A stretch of DNA of 64,000 nt from a virus (taxonomy: Duplodnaviria > Caudoviricetes): the IMG/VR virus record IMGVR_UViG_3300031088_000758. One strand, 5' to 3'. This document shows, piece after piece, positions 40,422 through 51,141 of the stretch; within the stretch, counting starts at the first letter, position 1; every line of letters starts with the position of its first letter. Under the pieces are notes generated by a model, which saw only the letters and a list, made by a program, of their open reading frames with translations, did not search any database and was not told the DNA's origin. A program made the translations under genes and the position numbers.

Positions 40422-41858
40422 TTACTTTGCTGATGTTGGATCACCAAAAGTTGGATCACCTATATCGGACGAAAAATTAAAGCCTGAAGTTCCAACCATA
40501 TTCAAAGTAGTAATTTGCTTGAAAGACTTCATTCTATGATGATCACCAGGCATTTGCTCTAAGAACAATGTTTTCTGATCTCCTGCTGTCCATAGCAACG
40601 TTATTCCTTCATCTTCGTATGTTTGTTGTAGAACAGCACAAATTTCTTTTAAAAAGTTTTCGTCAGGTGCTTCAACACACATTCTGTAAGAACCTTCAAT
40701 CCAAGCAGTTTTGTCAGAAGCTACAATTGAGCCTACTTCTTGAACATCATGAAGAGCTTGGCTAAAGTCTTCTGGCATTCCTGAGGTAGCGCTTGTAAAG
40801 CTATCTTGTCCAGCAACAATGTTTTCGAATTCGTCTTTCTGTTCTTTTCTCTTTTTTTCTATATCCTTTTTGATTTTAGCACTGGGGAAAAGAGTGAAAC
40901 GTGAGTAAAGAGTAAAAGGAACGGGAAGAGAAAGCCTAGAAGGAAGGTAAAAGAATGGAAAATTGACAGGAAAGTGCATATCACGAGGGAACTTAGCAAA
41001 TGATAATGTTGCTCGGTATCCTGACATTTCTACGTCACCTACCATTTGAGTCATTTTCAGCCATCTCCATTTATTTTCAATAACAGAAGCACTTTCTAAC
41101 TCTAAATCTCCTGGGCCAACCCTGTTGTCAGGATCAACATTTAAATATGGAACAGGCATAGGATAAGGATGGAATTGTCTTTTGATTAGTAGAAGAAGCT
41201 CTTCAGTGGTTGCCCGTGAAGCCCTTAGATTGCCTGTAGAAAGGATTGTAGAGAAGGCTTGTTCTTTCCTTCGGAAAGATACTTCTTCGGCGGCTGAAAC
41301 CGTGTCTGAGGGAGTTTGAGCTGCTGCAGCTGCCCATTCTTTAAGTGTGTCAAAAGCACCTCTAAGACCTACTTCTAAAAAGTTCAAGTTAGTTGAATCT
41401 AATGCACCTCTTTTGCCTAAATGAAGTCCAATATAAGTAACTTTCTTCATATATTCTTGTTCTGCTAAATGATTAAATTGTTCATCCAAGAAATCTTCAA
41501 ATCGAGGTCCAGTGTTCCAGTTTTCAGATACACTTAACATTTGTTGTGCCCAAGCATCTACGTCAAAAGGTAGAGAAGTTTGAACTATATGCCCATCAAG
41601 AGGATCTTGTCTATTAGACATAAGATTGTTTAAAGCATTAGTTGTTTTTAAACCCAAAGAAATTTTTTGATCATTAGACAAGAAATCAAACACATCATTA
41701 CTTAGTCTGTAATAAGCATAAACATCTGTCTTGCTGAACACCATATTGTCAACAATACTTCGTGGGGATATATTTAACTTCTTTTCTTTTCGTTCGCTTT
41801 TACCAAGAGACGATAAAAAACTCGACTTTTCTTTTGGTTTTGCTTTGTCCTTAGCCAT
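40422..41858 (-). CDS. VirB4 (ConE/TcpF-type) N-terminal-domain-like protein without ATPase domain
   Basis: IVDNMVFSKTDVYAYYRL..FDFLS start and GDQKTLFLEQMPG..IGD end resemble the N-terminal half of Gram-positive VirB4. No Walker motifs. Sits after TcpC- and TcpD-like genes. Confidence 0.55.
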   Translation of the reverse strand: MAKDKAKPKEKSSFLSSLGKSERKEKKLNISPRSIVDNMVFSKTDVYAYYRLSNDVFDFLSNDQKISLGLKTTNALNNLMSNRQDPLDGHIVQTSLPFDVDAWAQQMLSVSENWNTGPRFEDFLDEQFNHLAEQEYMKKVTYIGLHLGKRGALDSTNLNFLEVGLRGAFDTLKEWAAAAAQTPSDTVSAAEEVSFRRKEQAFSTILSTGNLRASRATTEELLLLIKRQFHPYPMPVPYLNVDPDNRVGPGDLELESASVIENKWRWLKMTQMVGDVEMSGYRATLSFAKFPRDMHFPVNFPFFYLPSRLSLPVPFTLYSRFTLFPSAKIKKDIEKKRKEQKDEFENIVAGQDSFTSATSGMPEDFSQALHDVQEVGSIVASDKTAWIEGSYRMCVEAPDENFLKEICAVLQQTYEDEGITLLWTAGDQKTLFLEQMPGDHHRMKSFKQITTLNMVGTSGFNFSSDIGDPTFGDPTSAK

Positions 41859-41938
41859 TAATTCTCCCTTAAAACTTATATTTATAATACGTTTTTAATA
41901 TCAATAAAACGCACACCTATAAAACAAATGAATACATA

Positions 41939-41976
41939 AAAGAGTAGAGTGAAGACAATTCTTCACTCTACTCTTT
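41939..41976 (-). terminator. Terminator hairpin after VirB2-like gene
   Basis: AAAGAGTAGAGTGAAGA-CAAT-TCTTCACTCTACTCTTT. Confidence 0.7.
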
Positions 41977-42001
41977 GTTTAACGCTATTTAGTGGTTATT
42001 C

Positions 42002-42400
42002 TCAATCGCTGTAAGGATTTTCTAGCTCAGCAAATGTTGCAACGCCTCCTGCTGTATTAACTGTGTTAATGTCATCAGCTAACTTTTTAGCAGTTCCTGT
42101 AAGTCCCTTGTTTTTGCCACCGAACAAGTCGCCACCAGCAAATACAAGCACACCTACAACCGCAGCAATACCAACAAAGCCAATAAGTTTCATCCAAGCA
42201 CGATCTTTAATAAAGAACAACGCAAAGATAGCAACCATAGCAATGAAGATTGGAGTGATCCAGTTTGAAAGAATATTGTTCCAGAAACCATTAAGTCCTC
42301 TGTTTCCAATAATCTCAACAGTATCAACACCGCCAACCATGTGAACTACTGACGAATTAACGCCCGCAATTAAATCTACAATGTTATCCATAATTTTCAT
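42002..42400 (-). CDS. TcpD/VirB2-like small membrane protein
   Basis: Two TMs joined by a basic loop (FFIKDRAWMKLIGF), located within the T4SS core. Confidence 0.55.
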   Translation of the reverse strand: MKIMDNIVDLIAGVNSSVVHMVGGVDTVEIIGNRGLNGFWNNILSNWITPIFIAMVAIFALFFIKDRAWMKLIGFVGIAAVVGVLVFAGGDLFGGKNKGLTGTAKKLADDINTVNTAGGVATFAELENPYSD

Positions 42401-42575
42401 CTACTCCGTGGATAGTAATTATTTTTTTTCTGATCAGATATTGATATCCACTTTCAGCGACGTGTAAACCACTAAAAGTAAATTCATTTATAATATCAGA
42501 ATGCTTTTCTAAAACAATTAAAGTAACATTCCTTAACTAATATCATTTCTATCTAATTTTAAATATTTTTATATA

Positions 42576-44402
42576 TTATTCCGTAGCTTCTTCAGCATTT
42601 TCTTCAGCTTCAGCTTCTTGCTCAGCCGCTGCAGCCTCTTCGTCTTGAACAAAATACAAAGGTTGGAATTTAGCAACAAGGAACATTCCATTTGATTGTT
42701 CTTGCAAAGTAGCAACATAAGTAGAAGTCATTTGAATATTTGAGTTTTCGTTAATACCTGTACTCCATGTTACATTAGTCAAAACTTTCATCACATTAGG
42801 ATCTTCAGGATCAGTATACACAGTATAAGTAACAGCGTTTTCTACACTTCCACCCATAAAATCATAATTACTATTTAATCCTTGAGTCAATGTGGCAGGA
42901 GGATTGCTAACTACATATTGGTCAAGAGTAGAATGATCATCCGCAGAAGATTCACGATAACCATTTAAGAAACCGTAAAGAACAGGCTGAACTCTATCTA
43001 TAACTTCAGGGTCACTCACTTCTTCGCCCAAAGATTGTTGAGCTGGCAATTCAGCTCCATTGCCCACAGAACTTGTAGGTAATATAGAAGGTGATTCAGG
43101 AGTAATAGTGAATTTATCTGTGTCAACATCATAGTATACGTTGACATTCAAGAATATCCATTGTGAAACAGCTGCATTTGCTTCTTCACCTTCTACTTGT
43201 TGCGCTGATGATTCTACTACTGCACCAATAGTATATCTAGCAGAATAATCGGTAAGTGCAACAGATTCATAAACTGTGGGTCCATAAACCACTGATTGGT
43301 TATAGCCAGAACCTATAACTCTATTGGATTCTGATTGATCTTCAGCTGTAAGCTCACCTGTGTAGAAGTAAGATAGCACACTCGAATTTATTGCTCTACC
43401 TTCAGTGTCAGTACTTAAATATGCTTGTGCAAAATCTGTAGCAAAACCTTCACCACGTTCTAGTGGGAAGCTCGTAAGATTAACGGTATTTTGTATCGTT
43501 GCTACAATTTCATCTTCTGAAAGTTGAGGCTCAGGGAAAAATGTGTTCTTAGCACCTAATCCTAATAAACCTACAAGTGCAGCGATAATAAACAGACGTG
43601 TTATATTAGCTGCTGTTCTCATATTTTTTCGTTCATCGTATTCATGTTCTTTGGTTTTTAGCTTTTTGCTCTTTTTGCCACCGAAAGGAAGCAACTTACC
43701 GTTTTTTTCGTCTATGAAAACATCTTGTCCATATTCATCTTTGACATTATCTTCAAACATACTCTTTTTATTTGATTTCTTTTTTCTTGAAGATTCTTCA
43801 TGAACCATTTCGTCGTTTTCTGGAGAAGAGTCTTCATCAGAAGAAATCTCATCCTCAAAAGAATTATCAGTGTCATCAAAGTTAATATCTTCTGTTTCAG
43901 GCTCAGGTTTACCTAAATTCATTTCTTCTTCTAAAGCTTTACGACGTTCAGCTCTTACACGTTCAGCTTGTTGTTTAGCTCTACGTTCTGCTGATTGTCT
44001 TTTAGCATCACGACGTTTTTGCTCTTCTTCTTCCTGGGTATCATACTCTAACTGTTCATCAATAGATAAACTTTCGAAAGTATCATCATTTTCGTCATCA
44101 TACTGATTTACTACTGGTTCTGGCTTTCGTCTTTTATTAACTTCTCTTAGTCTATCCCTTAACTGTGCTTGAGCAACATTAGGGTCTACATGAGCTGTTC
44201 CTTTTACCTCAAGTTCTTCGTCAAAGTCAGGCTCCAGCATTGGATTTACTGGGTTAACATCCTGTCTTTGTTGAGATTGTGGCAGTCCGTTGTTTGGTCT
44301 GCGCTGATCAGATTGTTGAGGGTTTTGGTTAGGACGTGGCAAACCCTGCCCTGGTCCCTGAGGACGCTGATTAGGCAAACCAGGCTTGTTAGGTAATGGC
44401 AT
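42576..44402 (-). CDS. TcpC/ConB (VirB8-like) conjugal transfer protein with long disordered N-terminus
   Basis: Single TM, then GFATDFAQAYLS..VNVYY..FTITPESP and a second domain (VLYGFLNGY..STYVATL). Confidence 0.7.
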   Translation of the reverse strand: MPLPNKPGLPNQRPQGPGQGLPRPNQNPQQSDQRRPNNGLPQSQQRQDVNPVNPMLEPDFDEELEVKGTAHVDPNVAQAQLRDRLREVNKRRKPEPVVNQYDDENDDTFESLSIDEQLEYDTQEEEEQKRRDAKRQSAERRAKQQAERVRAERRKALEEEMNLGKPEPETEDINFDDTDNSFEDEISSDEDSSPENDEMVHEESSRKKKSNKKSMFEDNVKDEYGQDVFIDEKNGKLLPFGGKKSKKLKTKEHEYDERKNMRTAANITRLFIIAALVGLLGLGAKNTFFPEPQLSEDEIVATIQNTVNLTSFPLERGEGFATDFAQAYLSTDTEGRAINSSVLSYFYTGELTAEDQSESNRVIGSGYNQSVVYGPTVYESVALTDYSARYTIGAVVESSAQQVEGEEANAAVSQWIFLNVNVYYDVDTDKFTITPESPSILPTSSVGNGAELPAQQSLGEEVSDPEVIDRVQPVLYGFLNGYRESSADDHSTLDQYVVSNPPATLTQGLNSNYDFMGGSVENAVTYTVYTDPEDPNVMKVLTNVTWSTGINENSNIQMTSTYVATLQEQSNGMFLVAKFQPLYFVQDEEAAAAEQEAEAEENAEEATE

Positions 44403-44466
44403 ATATACTCCCGAATCATCGAATAAAAACTACATTAATAATATCTGACAATTATTTATTTAAGAA

Positions 44467-46986
44467 TTAAAAATTAAAATCAGGTAGAGCATCATCTAAG
44501 TCATCATCATCATCTACGATAGGTGGACGTTCTTTTCTTCTTTTTGCTGGTTTAAAACTGTCTGAACCTACAATAGAGCTGAATGAATCTCCGGCACTAT
44601 TGTTCATTGAAGAAACATTAGAACTTTTAGGTGGACGAACAGGTAATTTAGTGCTCTTTGAAAGTTGCGGGGTTTTAGATTTATTAAAATTTTCTCTTTT
44701 TTCAAAATTATCAAGGGTTTTATTTTCTTTTCGCTCAATTACATCATCTTCTGGAAAATCAATGTTTATATTATTTGATAAATCATCATCTTCTTCATCT
44801 ATAACCGAGAATTCGAAATCTCCATCAGTAACTTCCTCATTGTCTATATTCTCCTGAGAAAATTCATCTAACTCATCTTGACGATCTTCAAAAGGTTCTT
44901 CTTCGTAGCTAGCATGATGCATATAATCAACAGGTGGTTCAGGAATATTGAATTCTTTTTCTTGGAGAAAGTTATCAATATTCTCATCATCTTCTATTAC
45001 TTCGGGAGATATTTCTTCATCATAAACAACTTTTGCCTCTTCTTCTTCAATGGAGGAATGCTTTTCTAAAACACGATTAGTAGGTATCATCCATACTTTT
45101 TTAATCACTACACCTTCTTTTCCTCTGTTATTCGGTTCATCAGAAGATTTCTTTACAATAATAGCTTCAGTCTTGTAATTATTTGAAGATTTAGGCATTG
45201 ATAGATTCATAAATTTACTAGGTGGTGCTATCCAATCTTTTTCAGTGCTTGTATGCACCATTTGATTTCTTCGGTTTTTCCAGTTTAAAGAGAATATGAA
45301 ACTTTGATTTTGATTAGCTTGTCTATAGATGGTTTTAGTTTCTTGACCAGCAATATTAGAAAGTCTTTGTGCTGATTTCTCAGTTGCTCCAGCATGAACA
45401 ATAAAGTTAGCACAAGTGTCTAGAATACTGTTGAGTTGTGCTTCCCCGTTTGATTCAGCAGCTGATATGATTTGTTCATAAGATTGTGAAGCCATAGTTG
45501 TTCCAAATCCTGATGCTCTTGATTTTTCAAGCAGTGGAGCAAGAGAAGTTGGTGAAACCGCTTGGAATTCATCAATATACACATTAACATGGTCATCTAT
45601 GCCATTTCTTAACCTCATAGCTGATACTGCGCTAAGATCACTGAGTATTAAGGAACCCATATATCTTGCAAAGTCTTTTTCTGAAAGGCCATCCATTGAG
45701 AACAAAATAACATTCCCAGGTTCTTTAAGAAGCTTATAAAGATCAATGTTTCTATCATTCTTTTCGTATTTCAACCAGCGTCCATATTCTGAATTGACTA
45801 ATGTGCTCATCTGTCCCTGTAAAGCAATAAATGCTTGGTTAAGTCCACTAGTTTTCTTTTTAACCTTCAACTCAAAATCCCTAGCGACTGACTCTGCCTC
45901 AGTTCCTGAAGTAGCATCAATAAGTTCCATTAAGTTGCCTTCAGCGCTTCCGTTTAAACCGTTAACTATGGAGTTAATCTTGTAAATTTCGCCTTGGTCC
46001 CATTTAATGTTTTTTGTTTTCTTCTTATCAGCATATTTCATTATAAAGAACAATGTTTGTAAAAGTTCACGCATGTTCTGTTTATATACTGCAGCAGCTG
46101 TGTCGTATTCGCGCATACCTAAAATCATGTCAGCTTTTGCTGAACCTGAATTTTTTAAAGGATCGTAAAATGCATGCCCTGGAGAGCCTTCTACTTTATA
46201 TTCTTCGGGCGCACCATTGTCAAAATGGTAAAAATCTCTACCCTGTTCATTAGCCCATTGAGCGAGTTTTGTAGAAAATTCTTGCGAACGCTTAAAGTCA
46301 ATAACAATTATCGAAATGCCATTAATGATGTCACTCAACATCGAATTTAGCATAGTAATAGTTTTTCCTGAACCTGTTGTTCCAGAAATTAAAGTGGACT
46401 GATGCATTTCAGTATTGTAGCGATAAACAATGTTATCTTCTTCGTCAATACCTATTGCTATTTTCTCTTCAGAGTGGTATTTCCCTTCCATTAATCCTTT
46501 GATTTTCTTCTTTCGTTTGTAATATTCCCAAGGAGTTCGACGGAATTTAAACTTATACATCCAACTTCCTTCAAGTTGGACCCTATGTGGATTAGACTTT
46601 ATCTGTCTTACTTCCCAAAGGATAAGGATAAAACCGAATAAGCTCCCCAATAGAATATTTACAGAAACAAAAGCGGGAACTAAATCAACCCAATAAACAT
46701 TGATGTATCGCCAATTTTCTATTACCCCTAGAAACTTAATACCAGCATCAGAAAGGTACCACACGATTAATGACAAAGAACCAATAATAGATGATACAAC
46801 AAAAGAGACAGAAATTCTTTGTCTTAGCTTTCTTAGCAAAATAGCATACATAAGAAGACCTAACACAAAAGCTGGAAGAAATAACAAAAGTATAAGACTT
46901 AATACCAGCTTGCCCGGAACACTACTATCTTTTTTAGTGCTAGAGCTATTATTGTTAGATTCTCTTTCTTGCTCTTCTTCAGCCAT
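44467..46986 (-). CDS. Type IV coupling protein, VirD4/TraD/TrwB family
   Basis: N-terminal TMs. ISGTTGSGKT, IVIDFK, YIDEF and EKSRASG..ASQS motifs. Confidence 0.88.
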   Translation of the reverse strand: MAEEEQERESNNNSSSTKKDSSVPGKLVLSLILLLFLPAFVLGLLMYAILLRKLRQRISVSFVVSSIIGSLSLIVWYLSDAGIKFLGVIENWRYINVYWVDLVPAFVSVNILLGSLFGFILILWEVRQIKSNPHRVQLEGSWMYKFKFRRTPWEYYKRKKKIKGLMEGKYHSEEKIAIGIDEEDNIVYRYNTEMHQSTLISGTTGSGKTITMLNSMLSDIINGISIIVIDFKRSQEFSTKLAQWANEQGRDFYHFDNGAPEEYKVEGSPGHAFYDPLKNSGSAKADMILGMREYDTAAAVYKQNMRELLQTLFFIMKYADKKKTKNIKWDQGEIYKINSIVNGLNGSAEGNLMELIDATSGTEAESVARDFELKVKKKTSGLNQAFIALQGQMSTLVNSEYGRWLKYEKNDRNIDLYKLLKEPGNVILFSMDGLSEKDFARYMGSLILSDLSAVSAMRLRNGIDDHVNVYIDEFQAVSPTSLAPLLEKSRASGFGTTMASQSYEQIISAAESNGEAQLNSILDTCANFIVHAGATEKSAQRLSNIAGQETKTIYRQANQNQSFIFSLNWKNRRNQMVHTSTEKDWIAPPSKFMNLSMPKSSNNYKTEAIIVKKSSDEPNNRGKEGVVIKKVWMIPTNRVLEKHSSIEEEEAKVVYDEEISPEVIEDDENIDNFLQEKEFNIPEPPVDYMHHASYEEEPFEDRQDELDEFSQENIDNEEVTDGDFEFSVIDEEDDDLSNNINIDFPEDDVIERKENKTLDNFEKRENFNKSKTPQLSKSTKLPVRPPKSSNVSSMNNSAGDSFSSIVGSDSFKPAKRRKERPPIVDDDDDLDDALPDFNF

Positions 46987-47019
46987 GCCTTATACCCCTC
47001 CTACTTATACATTCATCTA

Positions 47020-48636
47020 TCAAGCACTTAAAATATCTTCAAAAGGGTTGCCATACTCTTCTACAAGTTTGAAAAACAAAGGTGTTTGAGTCAAAGTGTA
47101 TTCTTCTTTTTTAATTGCTTCAACAGCTGCATCTTCTGAATAGATTTCATCATCTTTAGCTGTATGTAAGGCTTTATTCAAGACGCTATCTATAGCTTCC
47201 AGTTTTTGGTCAATTAAATAAATTATTTCTTGAATATTTCCTTCATCGAAATTCGAAATCATACTCTTGATTTTGTGAAGAACATTTTTCCTATCTTTTC
47301 CAATAATAGAACGTTCAAACTCTAACTCATATAGATCTTGAAAAATATCATTAGATTCAGATCGTATCTCATCCAATTTTTCATCAGTAATATTTTCGTT
47401 TTCGTTGAAATTTTTATCTACTGCTGTATACTGGAATTTATGAAACGCCTCTTCATATGTATTTTGAGCTGATAAAATTTCTTCGTCAATAGTATCAGTT
47501 TCTTTTTCAAGCGCACTATTCTTGCGAAGAAGCTCAGACACATTTTTAATAGTTTCTTTATCCTGTATATTGTCGCTCATACATTTTTTCACTATATTTT
47601 CAAAATCATCAAGAATATTTGACGTTCTGCCTGTTTCCAACTTATTCAATTCTTCATACTCAAAGTCTCCATCATCAGTATCAGAGTCAGAAGGTTTAGC
47701 ATAGTCCCATTCTTCTTCGTCTGGTTCCTCTAAATCAGAGAAAGCAGCACCTGGGATTTCTGGAAGATCTTCTTCAATCGTTTCTTCTTTTTCTTCGGAG
47801 TTTGATCCAGAAAGAAAAGAGGGAAGAGCATCATCCTCAGGTATTGTTTCTTCATATGAAGGATCATTAACTGAAATGTACCCAATTTTAGCCAGTTCTT
47901 GAGCACGATCTAAAATATTAGCAAAAATAAAACCTTGAGACAGGTTTTTTACATCTTCCAAACTTGAATTACTTTCAGCAGCTGCATAAATAATTCTATC
48001 TATATCGTTAAGGCAATCGAAATCTTCAGTCTTTAAATGAAGAGTTGTGATATCTAATGGGCTGCTAGTAATTTGATCTACTCTGTCTTTTTCAAAATCG
48101 TTTTTTTCATTAACAAACTTTTCCAGTTCTCTAATGTCTATACTCATGTATTGCGTATCTTTAACAATTTTTTCAGCTTGTCCAAGAAGGATATCCAGAC
48201 TTACATTTTTAATTTCTTCATTAATGTGTAAGAAGATTGTCTCTACACTATAACTGTAAAGTATATCATTCAATATTTCTACATAATCAGGATAAGTATT
48301 TTTAACTTTTGAGTAGAAAACTGGGATTTCATTTTCTTGTGCCAATGAGGCAATATTTGTCAAAACTGTTTCATCATAGTTGCTTTTATCCAACCAATAG
48401 AAACGTTGGAAAAGCTCTAAAGGTAATTGTTCGCTTTCAACAATTCTCAGCAATCCACTGTCAAAGAAATAAGTTACTTTATCCTCTTCATATGTAACAA
48501 CTACTTTTTTAACATCGCTTGAACCGACTCCAATAGTTTTCAAAAGAGTAGTTGGGAGGTTCTCTTCATACGTAACTTCGGGTACATACAATTTACGTGG
48601 ATCAAAGTCGTTCTTTTTTCTGCTGAATAATCCCAT
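47020..48636 (-). CDS. Acidic hypothetical protein, possibly DUF4388/PatA-like N-terminus
   Basis: VTYFFDSGLL and DRIIYAAA..SSLEDV..ELAKIGYI loosely resemble that architecture. Confidence 0.45.
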   Translation of the reverse strand: MGLFSRKKNDFDPRKLYVPEVTYEENLPTTLLKTIGVGSSDVKKVVVTYEEDKVTYFFDSGLLRIVESEQLPLELFQRFYWLDKSNYDETVLTNIASLAQENEIPVFYSKVKNTYPDYVEILNDILYSYSVETIFLHINEEIKNVSLDILLGQAEKIVKDTQYMSIDIRELEKFVNEKNDFEKDRVDQITSSPLDITTLHLKTEDFDCLNDIDRIIYAAAESNSSLEDVKNLSQGFIFANILDRAQELAKIGYISVNDPSYEETIPEDDALPSFLSGSNSEEKEETIEEDLPEIPGAAFSDLEEPDEEEWDYAKPSDSDTDDGDFEYEELNKLETGRTSNILDDFENIVKKCMSDNIQDKETIKNVSELLRKNSALEKETDTIDEEILSAQNTYEEAFHKFQYTAVDKNFNENENITDEKLDEIRSESNDIFQDLYELEFERSIIGKDRKNVLHKIKSMISNFDEGNIQEIIYLIDQKLEAIDSVLNKALHTAKDDEIYSEDAAVEAIKKEEYTLTQTPLFFKLVEEYGNPFEDILSA

Positions 48637-48739
48637 GTCAGTCCATTCTCTATAATTGTTCCTAAATAACGTTGTTTTTTCTTAATATCTACTAAACCGC
48701 ATATCCAACGTTTTATTGTTCACTTAAAATATCAGCCTT

Positions 48740-50638
48740 TCATTCAGATACTTCAAGCATTTTCTTTTCTTTTTTCAGCGCTTTTTCTAATAACTCTACA
48801 GGACTGTCAACATTGCTAGACTTTTGCAAGACTTTAGCAATGTTGCTACGTACATAATCAGCTTTTTCCTCAGTTTCTATCTTTTTCAAAAAGCTCATTA
48901 AATATTTAAAATGTTTCTTTTGATGTTCGACGTTCATAAGATGCGAAAAAGGCAATAAGTTTGAGTTTACAATAAAATTAACAACATCTGAACGATCAAA
49001 CAACTCAGGAATTAAAGTTTCCTTATCTTGAAGAGTTTTTAAATCTTCAACGATTGACTCAAACCCTAATGGCATTAACTTTTCATTGTGCAATAAAGCC
49101 GGTATAAATCTTGGTTCCGAAAGAGTTAAACTAAGGATTTTTGCAGCTGCTGAATAAGAGTTGTCATGTTTTATAAGAGAAACTAAATCTTCATATGATA
49201 CATAAGATTCTTTTTCAGTTTCTTCTACAGCAGATTCTTCGTAGTTTCTAGCAGCAAAATATTCCTTTTCTTTTGAATCATCTTGAGGGGTATCATTCTG
49301 ACTTATATTGATCTGTTCAACAGCCTTTTCAGGAGAAACAGATTTGCTTTTAGAGACTATTTCTCTAACCACTTCAACAGGTGTGAAGCTGTCTAATGAG
49401 ACTCTTCTAATGTAACTTTCACGTAATGGAATGTTTGAAATTGTTATTAATGTTTTTGCTACTTCTTCCACATAATTGCTTCTATCCAAAGCTGATTCTA
49501 GCTTATATTTTGAAGCAATATTGTTAATTACGAACTCTACTAAGGGAATTTGCGTTTCTTGAATATGCTTTACTAATTCTTCTGAACCATACTTATCTTT
49601 GTAATCACAGGGATCCATGCCTTCTGGAAAGGAAACCACATAAGATTGAGAGTGAATAGCAGGAGTGTTTTTGAATACTTTCAAAGCAGCTTCGATTCCG
49701 GCTTTGTCACCATCAAAACAAAAAACAATTTTTCCTGAATCCGATACTAGTCTTCTACACATTAAAGCTTGATTTGTTGTAAAAGCTGTTCCTGAACTTG
49801 CCACAACATTGCTTAATCCAGATTCGACTAATGCTACAACATCAAATTGTCCTTCATTCACATAAATTATTTGCTCATCAGACGCTTGTTTTTTTGCTTT
49901 TTCGATGTTAAACAAAGCATTTCCTTTATCGAACAAAGGCCCATCTGATGAATTCACATATTTACCCATCGTATCAGTTTCGTATAGCTTACGACCCGAA
50001 AAGCCGATAGGACGACCTGAAATGTCAGTTATGACAAACATTAAGCGACCCTGCCAAAAGTCTCTTACATAGCCCGTTTTGTCCGATTTACGGCATACTC
50101 CAGTCAGAAGTATAGTTTCTTCTGTAAAACCTTGTTCTTTCAAAAAATTGAATAAAGTATTGCGACCCTCAGGTGCATAACCATATAAAAAGCCACGAGT
50201 AGACAAACCTCTATTAGTTATTTCCAACTTTGCAGGATGATCTTCGTTTAGTTTACGAAACTCTTTTACAAAAAAATTTGCCGCTGAACGTATACAGGAT
50301 TTTAATGATTTATAATCAATTGTAGAATCAGAATTTATTTCAATTGCAATGTTCTTATCTTCTGCAAGTTTTCTAACGGCTTCCATAAAATCTAATCGTT
50401 CGTATTTTTCTACAAAAGAAATTAGATCACCATGTTCACCGCAGCCAAAACAACGGTAATTTTGAAAATGGCTATCCACTGTAAAGCTTGGAGATTTTTC
50501 GGAATGAAAAGGACAAAGACCAAGGTTCTTGTTTCCTCGCTGTTTAAGTGTAATTCCTGACTGTTGAATATAATCAACTATATCATACGCTAACTTTACC
50601 TCAGCTACTACTTTTTTAAAGTCTTTAGTCTCACTCAT
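48740..50638 (-). CDS. dnaG: DNA primase DnaG
   Basis: CPFHSEKSPSF..CFGC zinc finger, GFSGR, KYVNS, EGQFDV and FDGDKAG TOPRIM motifs. Confidence 0.95.
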   Translation of the reverse strand: MSETKDFKKVVAEVKLAYDIVDYIQQSGITLKQRGNKNLGLCPFHSEKSPSFTVDSHFQNYRCFGCGEHGDLISFVEKYERLDFMEAVRKLAEDKNIAIEINSDSTIDYKSLKSCIRSAANFFVKEFRKLNEDHPAKLEITNRGLSTRGFLYGYAPEGRNTLFNFLKEQGFTEETILLTGVCRKSDKTGYVRDFWQGRLMFVITDISGRPIGFSGRKLYETDTMGKYVNSSDGPLFDKGNALFNIEKAKKQASDEQIIYVNEGQFDVVALVESGLSNVVASSGTAFTTNQALMCRRLVSDSGKIVFCFDGDKAGIEAALKVFKNTPAIHSQSYVVSFPEGMDPCDYKDKYGSEELVKHIQETQIPLVEFVINNIASKYKLESALDRSNYVEEVAKTLITISNIPLRESYIRRVSLDSFTPVEVVREIVSKSKSVSPEKAVEQINISQNDTPQDDSKEKEYFAARNYEESAVEETEKESYVSYEDLVSLIKHDNSYSAAAKILSLTLSEPRFIPALLHNEKLMPLGFESIVEDLKTLQDKETLIPELFDRSDVVNFIVNSNLLPFSHLMNVEHQKKHFKYLMSFLKKIETEEKADYVRSNIAKVLQKSSNVDSPVELLEKALKKEKKMLEVSE

Positions 50639-50652
50639 AGTATCTCTCCTTC

Positions 50653-50694
50653 ATTAAAAAGATTGGATAACTCTCATTATCCAATCTTTTTAAT
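50653..50694 (-). terminator. 18-bp hairpin between NrdH-like gene and dnaG RBS
   Basis: ATTAAAAAGATTGGATAA / TTATCCAATCTTTTTAAT. Confidence 0.6.
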
Positions 50695-50742
50695 AATCTG
50701 TTCATGTTTACTACACTATCTTATCAATGACACTGAAAAAAC

Positions 50743-51033
50743 TCAGAAATCCCAAGTATCATCTTCAGTATCATCTTCTTGAATTGCTACACCTGCAAGA
50801 GCTAAGATTTTTTCGGGCTTGTGACCACTCCAACTATCTTCATTATTACCTACAATAACAACTGGGGCTTCAGAAAATCCCATACCCTTAACTTTCTTCA
50901 ATGCTTCTTTGTCATGAGACATGTTTTTCGTAGTAAAAGATACACCAAGTTCTTTCATCAAATCTTCAGTATCTCTGCAATTACCACAATCATCCTTGTC
51001 ATATACAATGACATCTTTTACTTCTTGTTCCAT
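50743..51033 (-). CDS. nrdH: NrdH-like glutaredoxin
   Basis: VYDKDDCGNC..ALKKVKGMGFSEAPVV..WSGHKPEKI. Confidence 0.8.
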   Translation of the reverse strand: MEQEVKDVIVYDKDDCGNCRDTEDLMKELGVSFTTKNMSHDKEALKKVKGMGFSEAPVVIVGNNEDSWSGHKPEKILALAGVAIQEDDTEDDTWDF

Positions 51034-51141
51034 AAAACTAACTCCTCTTTAAAATTTAAAAACCGAACGCTAACATGTTTTCATACATCTTAACATCTAA
51101 AAACTGTAACAATATTTTTTCGAAAATATTTCATCAAGAAA

